DNA of 64,000 nt from Lingula anatina (taxonomy: Eukaryota > Animalia > Brachiopoda): assembly GCA_051362555.1 (NCBI GenBank), contig CM120646.1:6386001-6450000 (forward strand). Reading direction: 5' to 3'. The notes under the pieces were generated by a model. The model ran no database searches. It was given only the letters and a program-made list of their open reading frames with translations, and was not told the DNA's origin. This document shows positions 50,006-62,024 of the stretch, in pieces; the first letter of the stretch is position 1; the number at the start of each line of letters is the position of its first letter. The position numbers were made by a program, and so were the translations under genes.

Positions 50006-50053
<48 letters not shown>

Positions 50054-52436
50054 GACATTAATATTTCAATATGACATTAATAATGATTATTTCTTATGTA
50101 TCCTGGTTATTCATGATCAATTTACGGTAAATCTTAATGTTAAATCATTTTGAGTCATATATCATGTATCACACCAAATTTATCAGGGATTCATTAAATT
50201 CACACATTGAAAAATATTATAATGGAAAAAATCCACAGTGAATTGTTCACTGGTGATGGGTGGCGACAGTTGCCGGAGATTCCAGTCCTCACATCTGTGG
50301 CACCGGGCCCTGGGAGACATCCCCTGCTGAGTGTCACCTATGTCACTGTTGACAATCCATAATCAGTTCACCTGAAGGGGACTTGCGACAAGGTCGAAAT
50401 GTCGTGATCGCCGTTTAAAAGTAAGATCCAGTAGTTGATTAAAATTTCTCATTATCTCAAAACAAATATGTATTTAATGACAACTGTCCTGAAAATTGAA
50501 CCAGTGGACAGAATCAAAACCAGTACCAAGGTCATCTAAACAACCCTCTATGTATAAATAGCAGCTGCTACATTGATTCCTCAATCCACAAAAGAGGAAT
50601 TCAAGTTTGTGCATTTCAAGTCATAAGAAGACAAGATGGTTTTGGCAAGTTTCATCTTTGCATTTCTACTTCTATCAGAACTCGGCACTGACAAGGCGTT
50701 CAGTCAGGTGTCACCAAATGCTGTATGCTCATGCCAAGAAGCATACACTTCTGAAGATGGCACAACAACAGTCGTCCTGCAACTACCCAAGACCAGCACA
50801 GCAGTTAGTACTGGTAACAAAAGCCTCAGTGAACTTGACAAATTAAAACAAAACTACCAAAAACAAGCACAGATGCTATCCTCACAGGGACTTTTACTGA
50901 TGCAGCAGGCTAAGCAAATTCAGCAAATTGAACTGGAACTCCAAGATCTTAAACTGTCCATTTCTAAACCACCTGCCGACTGTCAAGATGTGCTTGTGTC
51001 AGGCAATTCTCCCATACAAGACTCTCAGATCACTGCTTCATCCATGTACAATTCTGATTTCAACCCTACTCGTTCTAGAATATACACCAACATGGACCAA
51101 CATGCTGTTGGATCTTGGTCAGCTCGCACCAATGACAACAAACAATGGCTGCAATTTGACTTTGGACGTGTAAGAAAACTGACAGCCATTTTGACCAAGG
51201 GAAGAAATCAAATTGCTCAGTTTGTTAAAACATACCAAATTCACTATGGCAACAACACTTTGTTGATGAAGGGATACAGAGATGGAACTGGCTCAGTAAA
51301 GGTAAATGTAAAAAGTCCAATATGCTACAATATCATAAATTGTCAACCAAAGTGTTTTCTATGGTTGTAAATGAGTTGATAATTTGTGAAGTCGGTAACA
51401 CTTTTTTAAATCATTTCATTGAAAAAAAAACAGCAATTTAATATATGAATATCAACATATTTCTGCTATCTGTCATGTTTTTCTGTATCTGCCACGTGCA
51501 AATTAGTTTATACCTCTTTATTCTTTAAGATCAGCCATCTGGTAACATTATCGCTAAACTTTTAAGAGAAAAAAGTTGACTAACACGCTGAGGTGCAGTA
51601 GACAGATATAGAATATAGATTAAATAAGATATATACAGATATATCATTTTATGGAATAAAAAAAAGTTAAAACATCAAAATCGATGCAAATGAACAAAAA
51701 TCCAAACAACAATTTACAGAATAGTATGCTCACTACTTATATCATTGTACATTTTATTTAAAAAAAGCAGCTACACGTGGCAGAAATAAAATAATCTTAA
51801 ACATTAATTTTTATACTTTCAGATCTTCCAGGGCAATATTGACTTGGACAACATTCACGAAAATGTTTTGAACCCTCCTGTGTATGCTCGCTACCTACGT
51901 ATTAACCCTCTCACTTGGTACGATCACATTTCTATGAGAGCTGATGTGCTGGGGTGTTAACAGTTTAAAGACATGACATTACTTTTATAAATGCGCGTGT
52001 TCATATAATACCACTTAGTCTTAAATTTATGCTGGAAATGATAAAGATATATACATAATATGTAGTGCTATGCAATGTTAACACTGACACCTTGCCTTTG
52101 CTGGTAAAACTGCTGTCAGGTCAATTAAAATTTGTGAGTATGTTCTCTTGGTGCTTTGTATGGGCACTTACAAGTATACACTGACCCTGGTAGCTCAATA
52201 GACATCAGTCGGCTTAAAAGTTTTTGGCACATATAAGCGTGCCATCAGACATTAATTTGTATTTGTACAATGATTAAATGTAAGACTGCAATGTTATCAT
52301 TTATAATTTTTATTTTAATTCATGAAGAAAAAAAATGACAAGCTGTGTTATCCACTATAAGTAACTATTATCATAAAACTTAAATAAATAATATAGGTTA
52401 AATCAAAACTGATATTTAATTGTTTTTGTCTTTTAT

Positions 52437-52512
<76 letters not shown>

Positions 52513-55099
52513 TTCAATTGACTGACCCTGAGGCCAGCATATTTCTTGAGCTGGAGAAGCAGACCACCATTAAATAATAATAATAATAATAAATAAATAA
52601 ATAAATAAATAAGTAATATCACATTATTTCTTAAGTATCATGGTTATCATATATATCATATATATATATATCATATATCGTGTATCACACCAAATTTATC
52701 AGGGATTCATTAAATTCACACATTGAAAAATATTATATTGGAAAAATCCACAGTGAATTGTTCACTGGTGATGGGTGGTGATGGTGGCCGGAGATTCCAG
52801 TCCCCACGCTCACCTGGCCCTGGGAGACATCCCCTCAGCACTGACAAGGCCTTTACGCAGGTGGCACCAAACGCTGCATGTTCCTGCCAAGAAGCACAAA
52901 CTTCCCAAGATGGCATAACAACAGTTGTCCTGCAACTGCCCAAGTCCAGCACAGCAGTTAGTAAAACATACCAAATTCACTATGGCAACAACACTTTGTT
53001 GATGAAGGGTTACAGAGATGGTATCGGCTCAGTAAAGTTATCATCTAAATTCCAATCTGCCACAACCTCGAAAAATATCAACATAAGTGTTTTCTATGGT
53101 TGTAAATGTGTTGATAATTTGTGATGTCCGTAACATTTTTTTAATCATTTCATTGAAAAAAAAAAGCAATTTAATATATGAATATCAACATATTTCTGCT
53201 ATCATGTTTTTCTGTATCTGCCACTTGCAAATTAGTTTATACCTCTTTATTCTTTAAGATCAGCCATCTGGTAACATTAACGCTAAACCTTTAAGAGAAA
53301 AAAAGTTGACTAACACGCTGAGGTGCAGTAGACAGATATAGAATGATATATCATTTAGATATAGACAGATATATAATTTATGGAATAAAAAAAGTTGAAA
53401 CATCAAAATTGATGCAAAATGTACAATAATCCAAACAACAATTTACAGAATAGTATGCTCATGCTGTTTCACAATCAGGGGTACAAAATAGGGGTCACAT
53501 TGATAGAAAAATGAACTTTGATGCATTTGTTTAACTTTGTAACATATAAAAAGAATAACATCTTAACTATGACATCCAACATTTTTAGAACACAATATTA
53601 ATTATTTTTTGTGTTACGTTCAAATTAACAGAATGCCTCTTAGGCTATGATTTGGGGGTACGGACACTACACATTCAAGTAACTGATGCTTTTGTAACTG
53701 AAATATCATATTGTTTACCAATAATTTTTGCCAACATTCTAAAAATATCAAAATAAAGATATAACAACAGTACTTTAACCAAAAGGATAGGCATGTATTC
53801 ATCAAAATGTTTTTTAGAGAAACACCACAGCACATTTTTCAGTGGATGCTGGCGTTTGGTTGTGTGTCATTCAGTTTTACTATCATTCACCAGACTTTAA
53901 TTTAAACTTTTTCTTTCTGTTGCTTGGTCTTTATTTATTTATTTATTTATTTATATATTTATTTATTTATTTATTTATTTATTTTTGTTTCAGTCTTGAT
54001 TCATGTTTTTTGAGTCTTTTCTTCTTTTTCATCTCTCGTTAATTTGCACCTCTGCTTCTAGGTTTCTGCTTCTCCTTGACTCTCTGTCAGTATGCCTTAA
54101 TTTCTTCTCTCATCTTTAGTCTTTCTTGCTGGGCCAGCCTTGGATGATTCTTCGTTTTTGCTGCTCTGCTTTGTTACGTGCATTCAACATCTTCCTTACG
54201 TGCTTCAGCATGATTATTAGCTCTTTGACGCTTTATTTTTCAAATTATTTTTGCTGACAGTAAAAATTTCAGGTTTCCCTTTTCTTTTCCTATTTGGCTT
54301 TTTTTCATTGTCATCCATGTTTGATACTTCATCCACTGAGAGTATTATAAATATACCTCTGTTAATTATGCATGTATTGTAGTGTCCGAACCCCCTCAAA
54401 ATATATCATATACATTAATCCATAGAATATTAATCCATATACAATTTATTATTTTGCAATTAGCTATATTTGGCAATATATTCAAACCAATATTGTTCAT
54501 TTTGAATGCAAAGAGTAGCATCTTTACTGATATTATTCTATTTGCAAAATCCAATGGTTAATGTATAACTTGGGGGTACGGACACTACAGTAAGGGTACG
54601 GACACTACATTTGGGACCAAATCCTTGCATATCTTTTCATAATAAGGGGCAATGTGCTATTTTCTTCCTGAAAAATAAATGTCAGTGTGGACATACATAA
54701 AATAATAAAATCAGACAGAATATGCTGTGATTCCTAAATAAAACAGAGGTACGGACACTACAATCTAATGTAAACAAATGCTGACAGCATCCTTTTTATC
54801 ATATATAATTTTGAAATAAAAAAGGAAAAAGGAGGGATATTTAACAGTAAATGCATGGACACGCAACTAAACCTTAGTTCTAAAGCAGAGAAGAAGGAAA
54901 TAAAGTGCACTGTTTTACAGGACATCCAAATTTAGGAACTCATCAAAAACTTTGTCCCTTTATTGTTATCCAGGTCAGGATAAGTAAACAACTGGAGATG
55001 CAAATATTTACAATATTTGTTCATCCATTACCACCTGTCCCAGAAATAATTCAGGTGTTCAAAGATTATATCTGTAAATACAAGTTCACGCTGGCTTTT

Positions 55100-55133
<34 letters not shown>

Positions 55134-57807
55134 GTTATTATGCAATGCTATTTCCTATCTTTCATGCTTATTTAACTACAATTTAAGTTTAATTTTAAAT
55201 CATTTTGAGTCACATATCATGTATCACAGCAATTTTATCAGGGGTACATTACATTCACAAATTGAAAAATATCATTTTGGAAAAAAAGCACAGTCAAAAA
55301 ACATGTGCACTGAAGTTACTGGCTTAGATTACAGTCAAAGAATTTGCTTTCAGCTGGGAAAATTGTTTCCCTAAATTTTTCATTAACAAAACACGAAAAT
55401 TGAATTCAAACAATTTTTTTTTTGGGGGGGAGGGGGGGGATGCACTTGTTAATTGTTAATATTTGAACAGATTGAATGCTACTATAAGTGTATTCATCAA
55501 CAATTTTTATCAATGTAGGGCCAGGCGTATCTTGTTTTCAGTAAACAGCAAAAATACAATGAAAATAAGACCACAAAGAACACAATGCATTGTTCAGGTG
55601 AGAGGGTTCTGGAAAAAGGTTCACCCTGTTTCAAAATCTGATCTAGGTGATACTGTAACATGGTAAAAAATTCCACCTTAAAAAAAGGCCCCCCACCCCT
55701 ATGAAATTGATGCTACAGGCCTGACTGTTCATGTTTTTACAGGGGTTAATCATTAAAATTAATATATGAACAAAACAAATATACTGATGATCTTCAATAA
55801 CAACTCTTTGGAACTTAGAACTCTATGGACAGAATCAAAACCAGTACCAAGGTCATCTAAACAACCCTTTATGTATAAATAGCAGCTGCTACATTGATTC
55901 TTCAAACCACATAAGAGGAATTCAACTTTGTGCATTTCAAGCCATAAGAAGACAAGATGGTTTTGGCAAGTTTAATCTTTGCATTTCTACTTATATCAGA
56001 ACTCGGCACTGACAAAGCGTCAAGTCAAGTGGCACCAAACGCTGTATGCTCCTGCCAAGAAGCATACACTTCAGAAGACGGAACAACAACAGTCGTCCTG
56101 CAACTGCCCAAGACCAGCACAGCAGTTAGTACTGGTAACAAAAGCCTCAGTGAACTTGACAAATTAAAACAAAACTACCAAAAACAAGCGCAGATGATAT
56201 CTTCCCAGGGACTTCTATTGATGCAGCAGGCTAAGCAAATTCAGCAAATAGAATTGGAACTCCAAGATCTCAAACTGTCCATTTCTAAACCCCCTGCCGA
56301 CTGTCAAGATGTGCTTGTGTCAGGCAATTCTCCCATATCCGACTCTCAGATCACGGCTTCGTCCATGTATGATTCTAATCACGGCCCTGCTCACTCTAGA
56401 TTGTACGCCAACATGGACCAACATGCTGTTGGATCTTGGTCAGCTCGCACCAATGACAACAAACAATGGCTGCAATTTGACTTTGGACGTGTAAGAAAAC
56501 TGACAGCCATTTTGACCAAGGGAAGAAATCAAATTGCTCAGTTTGTCAAAACATACCAAATTCACTATGGCAACAACACTTTGTTGATGAAGGGCTACAG
56601 AGATGGAACTGGCTCAGTCAAGGTAATCATTAAAATTCTTATCTGTCTTAACCTTATAACATGTCGACCCCAGTGTTTTTTATGTTGTAAATGTGTTAAA
56701 AATTTGTGATGTCTGTAACATTTTTTAAACATTTCATTGAAAAAAAATATATCAATTTTATAAATGAAAATCAACATATTTCTGCTATCATGTTTTTCTG
56801 TATCTGCCTCATGCAAATTAGTTTATACCTCTTCATTTTTTAAGATCAGCCATCTGGTAACATTAAAAAATTGTTGATAAATGTGCTGAGGTGCAGTAGA
56901 CAGATATATATAGATACAAAATTGACGCAAAATGAACAATAATCCAAACAGCAATTTAAAGGGCAGTATGCTCACTACTCGTAATATTGTCCTTTTTTTA
57001 AAAGCAGCCACATGTAGCAGAAATAAAATAATCTAAAACATTAATTGTTGTACTTTCAGATCTTCCAGGGCAATATTGACTTGGACAATATTCATGAAAA
57101 TGTTTTGAACCCTCCTGTGTATGCTCGTTATCTGCGTATTAACCCACTCACATGGTACAGTCACATTTCTATGAGAGCCGATGTGCTGGGGTGTTAGCCA
57201 TTAAAAGACATTTTACTCTCTTAATACACACGCTCATAAAATACTGCTTCGTCTTAAATTTAGAATGGAAATGAATCTTAATTTCATAATAGGCAATGCA
57301 GGGGCAGATCCAGAGATATTTTCTGAAAGTCTTCCAAATTATCTTTGTTGATCCATCTTCCATTTTTGACAGAAAAATAGATTAGATTAGATACCCATCA
57401 ATGTAAACTTGAAAAATCTGACCGTCTTCCGGAAGACCTAGAAGACGGTCTCAATCCGCCCCTGCAGTGGTCTGCAATATTACCACTGACACCTTGCCTT
57501 ATGTTAGTAATTGAAAAAAACTGCAGCCAGGTCAGTTAAAACATGTGAATATACTCTATTTCTGCTTCTTATCGGCTATTAGAATTATACACCCACACGG
57601 CTGACAGCACAAAAGCACTGATAACCATTGTTTTAGACATCAACTCGTTTGGTATGGTTAAATGTAAGACTGCAATGTTATCATTTCTTAGTTTTACTTT
57701 TATCAGGAATAAATCAATAATATACCATATACCTATATACCATATCATGTTACTATAATAATAGCTGCTTCAAATAACAGTTTAAATCTATTTTTGTCTT
57801 TTATCAA

Positions 57808-57838
<31 letters not shown>

Positions 57839-60472
57839 AATTTAATTTACTGACCCTGAGGCGAGCATATTTCCAGAGCTGGAGAAGCAGACCGCCATGA
57901 CGGTCTCCCGGTGTCCTGCTAGCGTGTCACGGAGGGTCAGAGAGACATCTGGCGAAAGAAATAACTTTGTTTTAATAACTTTAATAAACTGCATAGTTCT
58001 AAACTGGAACTGAAATTCTTAATTTGCTTTCCCCTATCTGATCTTTTTCTTCTGCCTCTCTGTTTTTCTTAAAGCATAATTTTGTGTAGTGATGAAATTG
58101 CTTTACTCGGTGTACTTTCCATATATACATGCATTAAAACAAACAAAAAAAAGTTCCATATACTACGAAATATCTTACATTTTGAGATTCTATTTTTGTG
58201 GCCAAGCAAATTATAAACCCCCCCTTAATCTGGGCTTCAGTGGTGATAAATTGCTGGGAACTAACCCCTGCTGTTTCCTGTACCCAGGAATGAGACTGCA
58301 ATTTAGTGAAAAAGTCAGCGTGGGGTTCAGGGACCACCTATCCCAATGATATTTTTGGCTCCCATAAAGTTGGAAATCAGACAATAGTCAGAAAAATCTC
58401 ATCCCTGAGTAATACCCCCAAGTTTCATAGTTTTGTGTATGAAGTTACTGCAACAGGCAGAGACACACTGAAAGCAGAAGCCAGTTTCTAGCATCTGAAA
58501 CTCAGGGTGCACAAAACTTACCTGTGGTCCCAAATCGGGCTCTAAAATTCCACAGTTTGACCAGGTTGTCATTACCACATGTTGCTAGAAGATACTGTAC
58601 TTCACCTGTTGAACTAAGAGTGCCTGAATCAAAATAAATACAGTTTATTTCTCCAGTGTATTCTAAATATCAATAGCACGCAGGATGTGTAAATTTTGTT
58701 AGCAGGATTGAGTGAAAAAAATTACATGAAATAAAATTTTATTAATGACATCAATCAAATGTTTGTTGGTTTGCTAGATACTTAAAAAAATATCTATTGA
58801 AGAATTCATAATAGTACATAGTTGCTTGTTGCTTTTCTGAAAAAACTAAAAATTGAACCCAAGATTTGTAATGGACTGTGCAGAATAGGTTTGGTTGAGC
58901 TAGCCAGTGTGCACTGTTTCCATGGGGACTCTCGCATAATGCAATCAAGTTTAAAGCCAGTTAGTCCTCAGATCATTTGTTCTGAATACGGCCTAACTCA
59001 TTCTGAACTGCCAGGAAGACTAAAAACTTACTGCCCGCTCCAAAGGTTGGTGAAAACTCGCAGCACATCACCCCCAGGTCGTGACCCTCGAGTTCATACC
59101 AAAGACACGGCCCGTGGCCAAATTCAGCATCCCACGCACGGAGGTCCCCATTTGAGGACCCTGAGACCAGAAAGCCACTACAGGGGGTATAGGCAACTGC
59201 ATTCACATAGGCTGTGTGTCCCACAAGAGTTCTGGGGGAGAAGGGAAGGAAAAAAATCCATTTGTTGTATAAATTGATATGGTGAATGAAGGGCTTCTAG
59301 TTGAAATTCAAAAGTCTTTTTCTTTTGAATGGCTGTAAAATGTGAATCGATATACTTCTATAGAAGAAAAAAAATGGGAACTACCTACTAGTATTCAGGC
59401 AAAAAAAAAAAAAAAAAAAAAAATCAATAACAATAATAATGAATTACTGGTAAAGCAAAATATATATATAATTGTATCATTTCCCTTAAAACAAACCCTT
59501 ACCATGTTTTTACACATACAATGAAATAAATTATGAAAAAAAAAGATGATGTTTCCAGTAATAAATTATAAAAAAAGATGTTTCCAGTAATAAGAAATCA
59601 AGGCAAGTTTCCAGTAAATCCTGTATGTCGAGGTGACTACAAGTATAAATCCTGATGCCTCGTGAAATACCTGTGTAGTTTTTTGGTTTTCATGTCCCAT
59701 ATCACCAGTGTCTCGTCATCACTCCCCGTGACCAGCCAGGAGGAATTTGGGGAGAACCTGAAGAAAAACAACAACACATGGTAGGGAACATCGGTTTTGA
59801 TCATCATTTTCACAAGTCAACAAAGCGTGAACTTTTTCCAGACCCCCTCCCCCACCCCCTTCAGTGTGTGTACAAGGTGGAAAGCTAAAATTGATGTCCT
59901 TGAAGGCATTGGATCACCATATTTAATATTTTTTAAAAGCGTACAGAGGGCACTGTAGACCTGTGAAAATAATGATAAAAATGGATACCCCTTACCTGAG
60001 TACTCCTTTATTTACCGTGGAAGGTTAAACAACCTTAACCTTGAATGTGCAGGCAAGAAGTAATGACATTTAAAAACCTGCATTACATTTCCATTTGTAT
60101 AAAAACTCACAGACTAATAATCATAATAAAAAACATTATATAATATACCTACCTACAAACCCTGATGCCGCTTTTACTAGGATGCTCAAACGTTCCTTTC
60201 TTCTCTCCAGTCTTACTGTCCCACAATATCACCTTCCCGTCTGTGGAACAAGACGCCAGCATTGTCCCAAATGGAGAAAAGACACAGCAATGCACATAGT
60301 ATCCATGTCCACACAATGGCGAGCAGGGGTACTCGGTGAAATCTTCTGTGCTCCACAATCGGACTGTTTTATCTCCAGAACATGTTGCGAGGGTCTTGCC
60401 GCTGTAAGCCACCCAGTTGACGTCACTTTGGTGGAGGCTGATGGTGTGAATGAGGTTGGCGACGGTGGTCAT
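42159..60472 (-). CDS. WDSUB1: WD repeat, SAM and U-box domain-containing protein 1 (~502 aa, 12 coding exons)
   Basis: Exons (minus strand): 60472-60153, 59757-59671, 59231-59032, 58623-58522, 57948-57855, 46189-46156, 45675-45635, 45309-45203, 44585-44376, 43456-43373, 42718-42647, 42316-42159 (TAA); 1509 nt in frame. N-terminus LIHTISLHQSDVN...LATCSGDKTVRLW...LASCSTDG (WD40s), SAM WTVENVVTWVQELGL...IDGTEL...ALGHRNKIL, U-box [30 protein letters not shown]...SPMTN...PNR. Confidence 0.95.
43522..43705. mobile_element. Diverged MITE related to 13456-13622
   Basis: CATTCAAAACAGCAGAC...TCAAATATG / CATATTTGA...GTCTGCTGTTCCGAATG, with the shared internal CTAAAAAGCTTGC...TAGACACT. Confidence 0.6.
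44097..44322. mobile_element. PIF/Harbinger-like MITE, family copy 2 (WDSUB1 intron)
   Basis: Reverse complement of 5951-6161, flanked by TAG/TAG. Confidence 0.8.
46469..47117. mobile_element. PIF/Harbinger-like non-autonomous element, TTA TSD
   Basis: AGCCCCCGTCACACT ... AGTGTGACGGGAGTA flanked by TTA, with many internal GAAT/ATTC repeats. The empty site CATTACCACC is at ~55026 in the duplicated intron. Confidence 0.85.
48025..49403 (+). CDS. Nested secreted coiled-coil + F5/8 type C (discoidin) protein, copy A (267 aa)
   Basis: Exons 48025-48690 and 49266-49403. Signal peptide, CSC motif, Gln-rich coiled coil, then DC...IPDSQITASS...SRL...GSW...QWLQFDFG...TAILTKGR...FVKTYQIHY...|IFQGN.D...LNPPVYARYLRI.P.TW...SMRADVLGC, a complete discoidin domain. 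Lies in WDSUB1 intron 46190-57854 on the opposite strand. Confidence 0.93.
48861..49029. mobile_element. CAG...CTG MITE, 5-bp TSD (TAAAC), in the intron of F5/8C copy A
   Basis: TAAAC|CAGTGGCGGAT ... ATCCGCCCCTG|TAAAC; absent from copies B and C at the same site. Confidence 0.8.
50250..50425 (+). mobile_element. Penelope-like element 3' remnant with a degenerate minimal type-I hammerhead ribozyme
   Basis: GC-rich insert absent upstream of copies A and D. It translates VMGGDSCRRFQSSHLW (copy C: VMGGDGGRRFQS), resembling the GIY-YIG C-terminal MNRDxG...LSHxW of Penelope elements, followed by TCAC-CTGAAGG-g-GACTTG cga CAAGGTC-GAAA-TGTC-GTGA at 50368-50407. Confidence 0.5.
50521..50565 (+). promoter_or_regulatory. 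Core promoter of nested F5/8C gene B: CCAAGGTCA (NR5A/ERR-type half-site) plus TATA box
   Basis: CCAAGGTCA ~25 bp upstream of TATAAATA and ~80 bp before the ATG. The same block precedes copy A (47915; TATA changed to GAATAAATA) and copy D (~55847). Motif function is inferred. Confidence 0.55.
50636..51960 (+). CDS. Nested coiled-coil + F5/8C protein, copy B (267 aa)
   Basis: Exons 50636-51301 and 51823-51960, same lengths as copy A (666+138 nt). TATAAA at 50553. Confidence 0.93.
52834..53460 (+). pseudogene. Nested F5/8C gene copy C, deleted pseudogene
   Basis: Promoter, ATG and signal peptide are deleted (upstream DNA is joined to STDKAF). A large internal deletion fuses SSTAVS to KTYQIHY, the donor is mutated (AAG|TT), and exon 2 is absent after ~53460. 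Confidence 0.88.
53461..54765. mobile_element. Degenerate DNA-transposon-like insert with repeated GGTACGGACACTACA motifs
   Basis: Motif at ~53654, ~54572, ~54594, ~54748 and inverted at ~54378, with a decayed Lys/Arg/Glu-rich minus-strand reading at ~53985-54210. It sits at the junction between pseudogene C and the unit of copy D. Confidence 0.5.
55957..57197 (+). CDS. Nested coiled-coil + F5/8C protein, copy D (267 aa)
   Basis: Exons 55957-56622 and 57060-57197, intact. TATAAA at ~55874. Confidence 0.93.
57299..57464. mobile_element. Same MITE family as 48861-49029, independent insertion 3' of copy D
   Basis: CAATG|CAGGGGCAGATCC ... ATCCGCCCCTG|CAGTG, with near-identical interior (GACCGTCTTCCGGAAGACCTAGAAGACGG). 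Fragments also at ~29147-29230 and ~33870-33925. Confidence 0.8.
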
Positions 60473-60823
60473 GGCTTTCTGTAATGTGGTAAATATGAAA
60501 GTCCAATGAGTTACTTCCACTGCTTGATCATTTTCATTAAAATTAAAGTTTGTCTACACTGTACATGTACATGTGCATCAGAAGGCTAGCTGAATGTCAC
60601 AAAAGTCGGTGATTTCGATTGCTCAACATCTGTGCCTTATGTTATAGACGCGTTTGGGACGACATCAAGTTTTGTAGTCACTATGTTTACATATTGTTTT
60701 CAGTGTAAATGTAATTCTTGTATTTACAATAACACTTTTAACATATCCAAGTTTCCGGGTCAGCTGACCTTTTAGCTGTATTAGCACAGTCTGGATCAAT
60801 GGTAAAATTTATGTACAACCTAC

Positions 60824-61000
60824 CTTTGCCTGTGAATATTTGTTGTAAACTATCCGCCTGTAATTCTGTGATTAGATCAGATATTGCGAAACGGTATTAA
60901 GTCTGATGCAGTGGTCACCTGACGGTCTAATGTTTACGGTGCCATCTTGAACGGTAAGTACTAACGCGCGCTAAAAGACGTATACCGAAAAGTTCAACAG
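60824..61000 (-). promoter_or_regulatory. Probable WDSUB1 promoter / non-coding first exon
   Basis: Locally CpG-richer sequence, a minus-strand donor AAG|GTAGGT at 60823, and a YY1-like CAAGATGGC (minus strand, 60941-60949). The coding exon has its own acceptor at 60479. Confidence 0.45.
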
Positions 61001-61899
61001 AAACACAGCATTACTCGTCTTATCTTACGTATTATTGGAAATTAAGAATTAAAATACAATGTGTCATATTATAAATATCATCTTCAAATTCATTATCTAT
61101 CTTACACAAAACATCAACATATTTACTTGGTAAATAAGAAATATACAAATATACGCGCGTTTCTTTAATCTAAATATCACTGTCCAAATGTCAAGTTTTT
61201 TCGGCATCTAAACAACTTACATGTTGATGAAGGCTTAACATATCTTGGCGCAAAGGCAGTTACAAGTTTCTTAACTTATTTTTGTATAAAAATTAAATAG
61301 TTTTGATTAAATCTGAAACGAGGAAAACAATGTGCAGTGATCTTGATTGTGGTTGCTGAGATCGCTGAGTTAACTTCGTTAAAATTGCAACGGTTGTGTC
61401 ACTTGAATACTGATTGTTTCTTATAACACTAGTTGGCCTTCACGTATCATTTTCATGAAGACAGTAGCAATTTCTAATATTTTATTTTTTATGCTTTGAA
61501 TTGTTACCTCATCACTGGGATATCTAGATTTTTAGGTCATATATGAAAACAAATATATGTTTAAATGTAAGTTTTCATTTTCATATAAAAGCTTCAATTT
61601 TTCGAACATGTTCCTTTTCACCTGACAGGGCCTATATGGGCACACATTTCATTTTTGACAAATGCATATGTACAAAACATAATTTGTATTCAAAATAAAA
61701 TGTTATTTTGATATTTTCAGCATAGACCCCGTCTAGAAATTAATAATGCAAGAAAAAGTTAGGCTACTTATTGTGATTGAATGGGTTAGAATCTCATGCT
61801 CGTGTTATTGACCTTTTCGTAAATAAGTCTTTTAGGGGACCGAAAATGGACATTTTTTCCCTCCAAATATTGCTCATATCGACAAAGGTAGTACATATC

Positions 61900-62024
61900 C
61901 AATGGCGGATTTAGAGGGGGCCGGGTCATGGGGTCCTGAACCCCACGCCAAGTCCGGGGGGGGGGGGGGGGGGGCGGGTTCGCATCCGCGGACCCCCCTT
62001 CGAATAATGCTGGATCCACCCCTG
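61900..62024. mobile_element. CA...TG poly-G MITE with 6-bp TSD (CATATC)
   Basis: CATATC|CAATGGCGGAT ... ATCCACCCCTG|CATATC. Confidence 0.7.
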
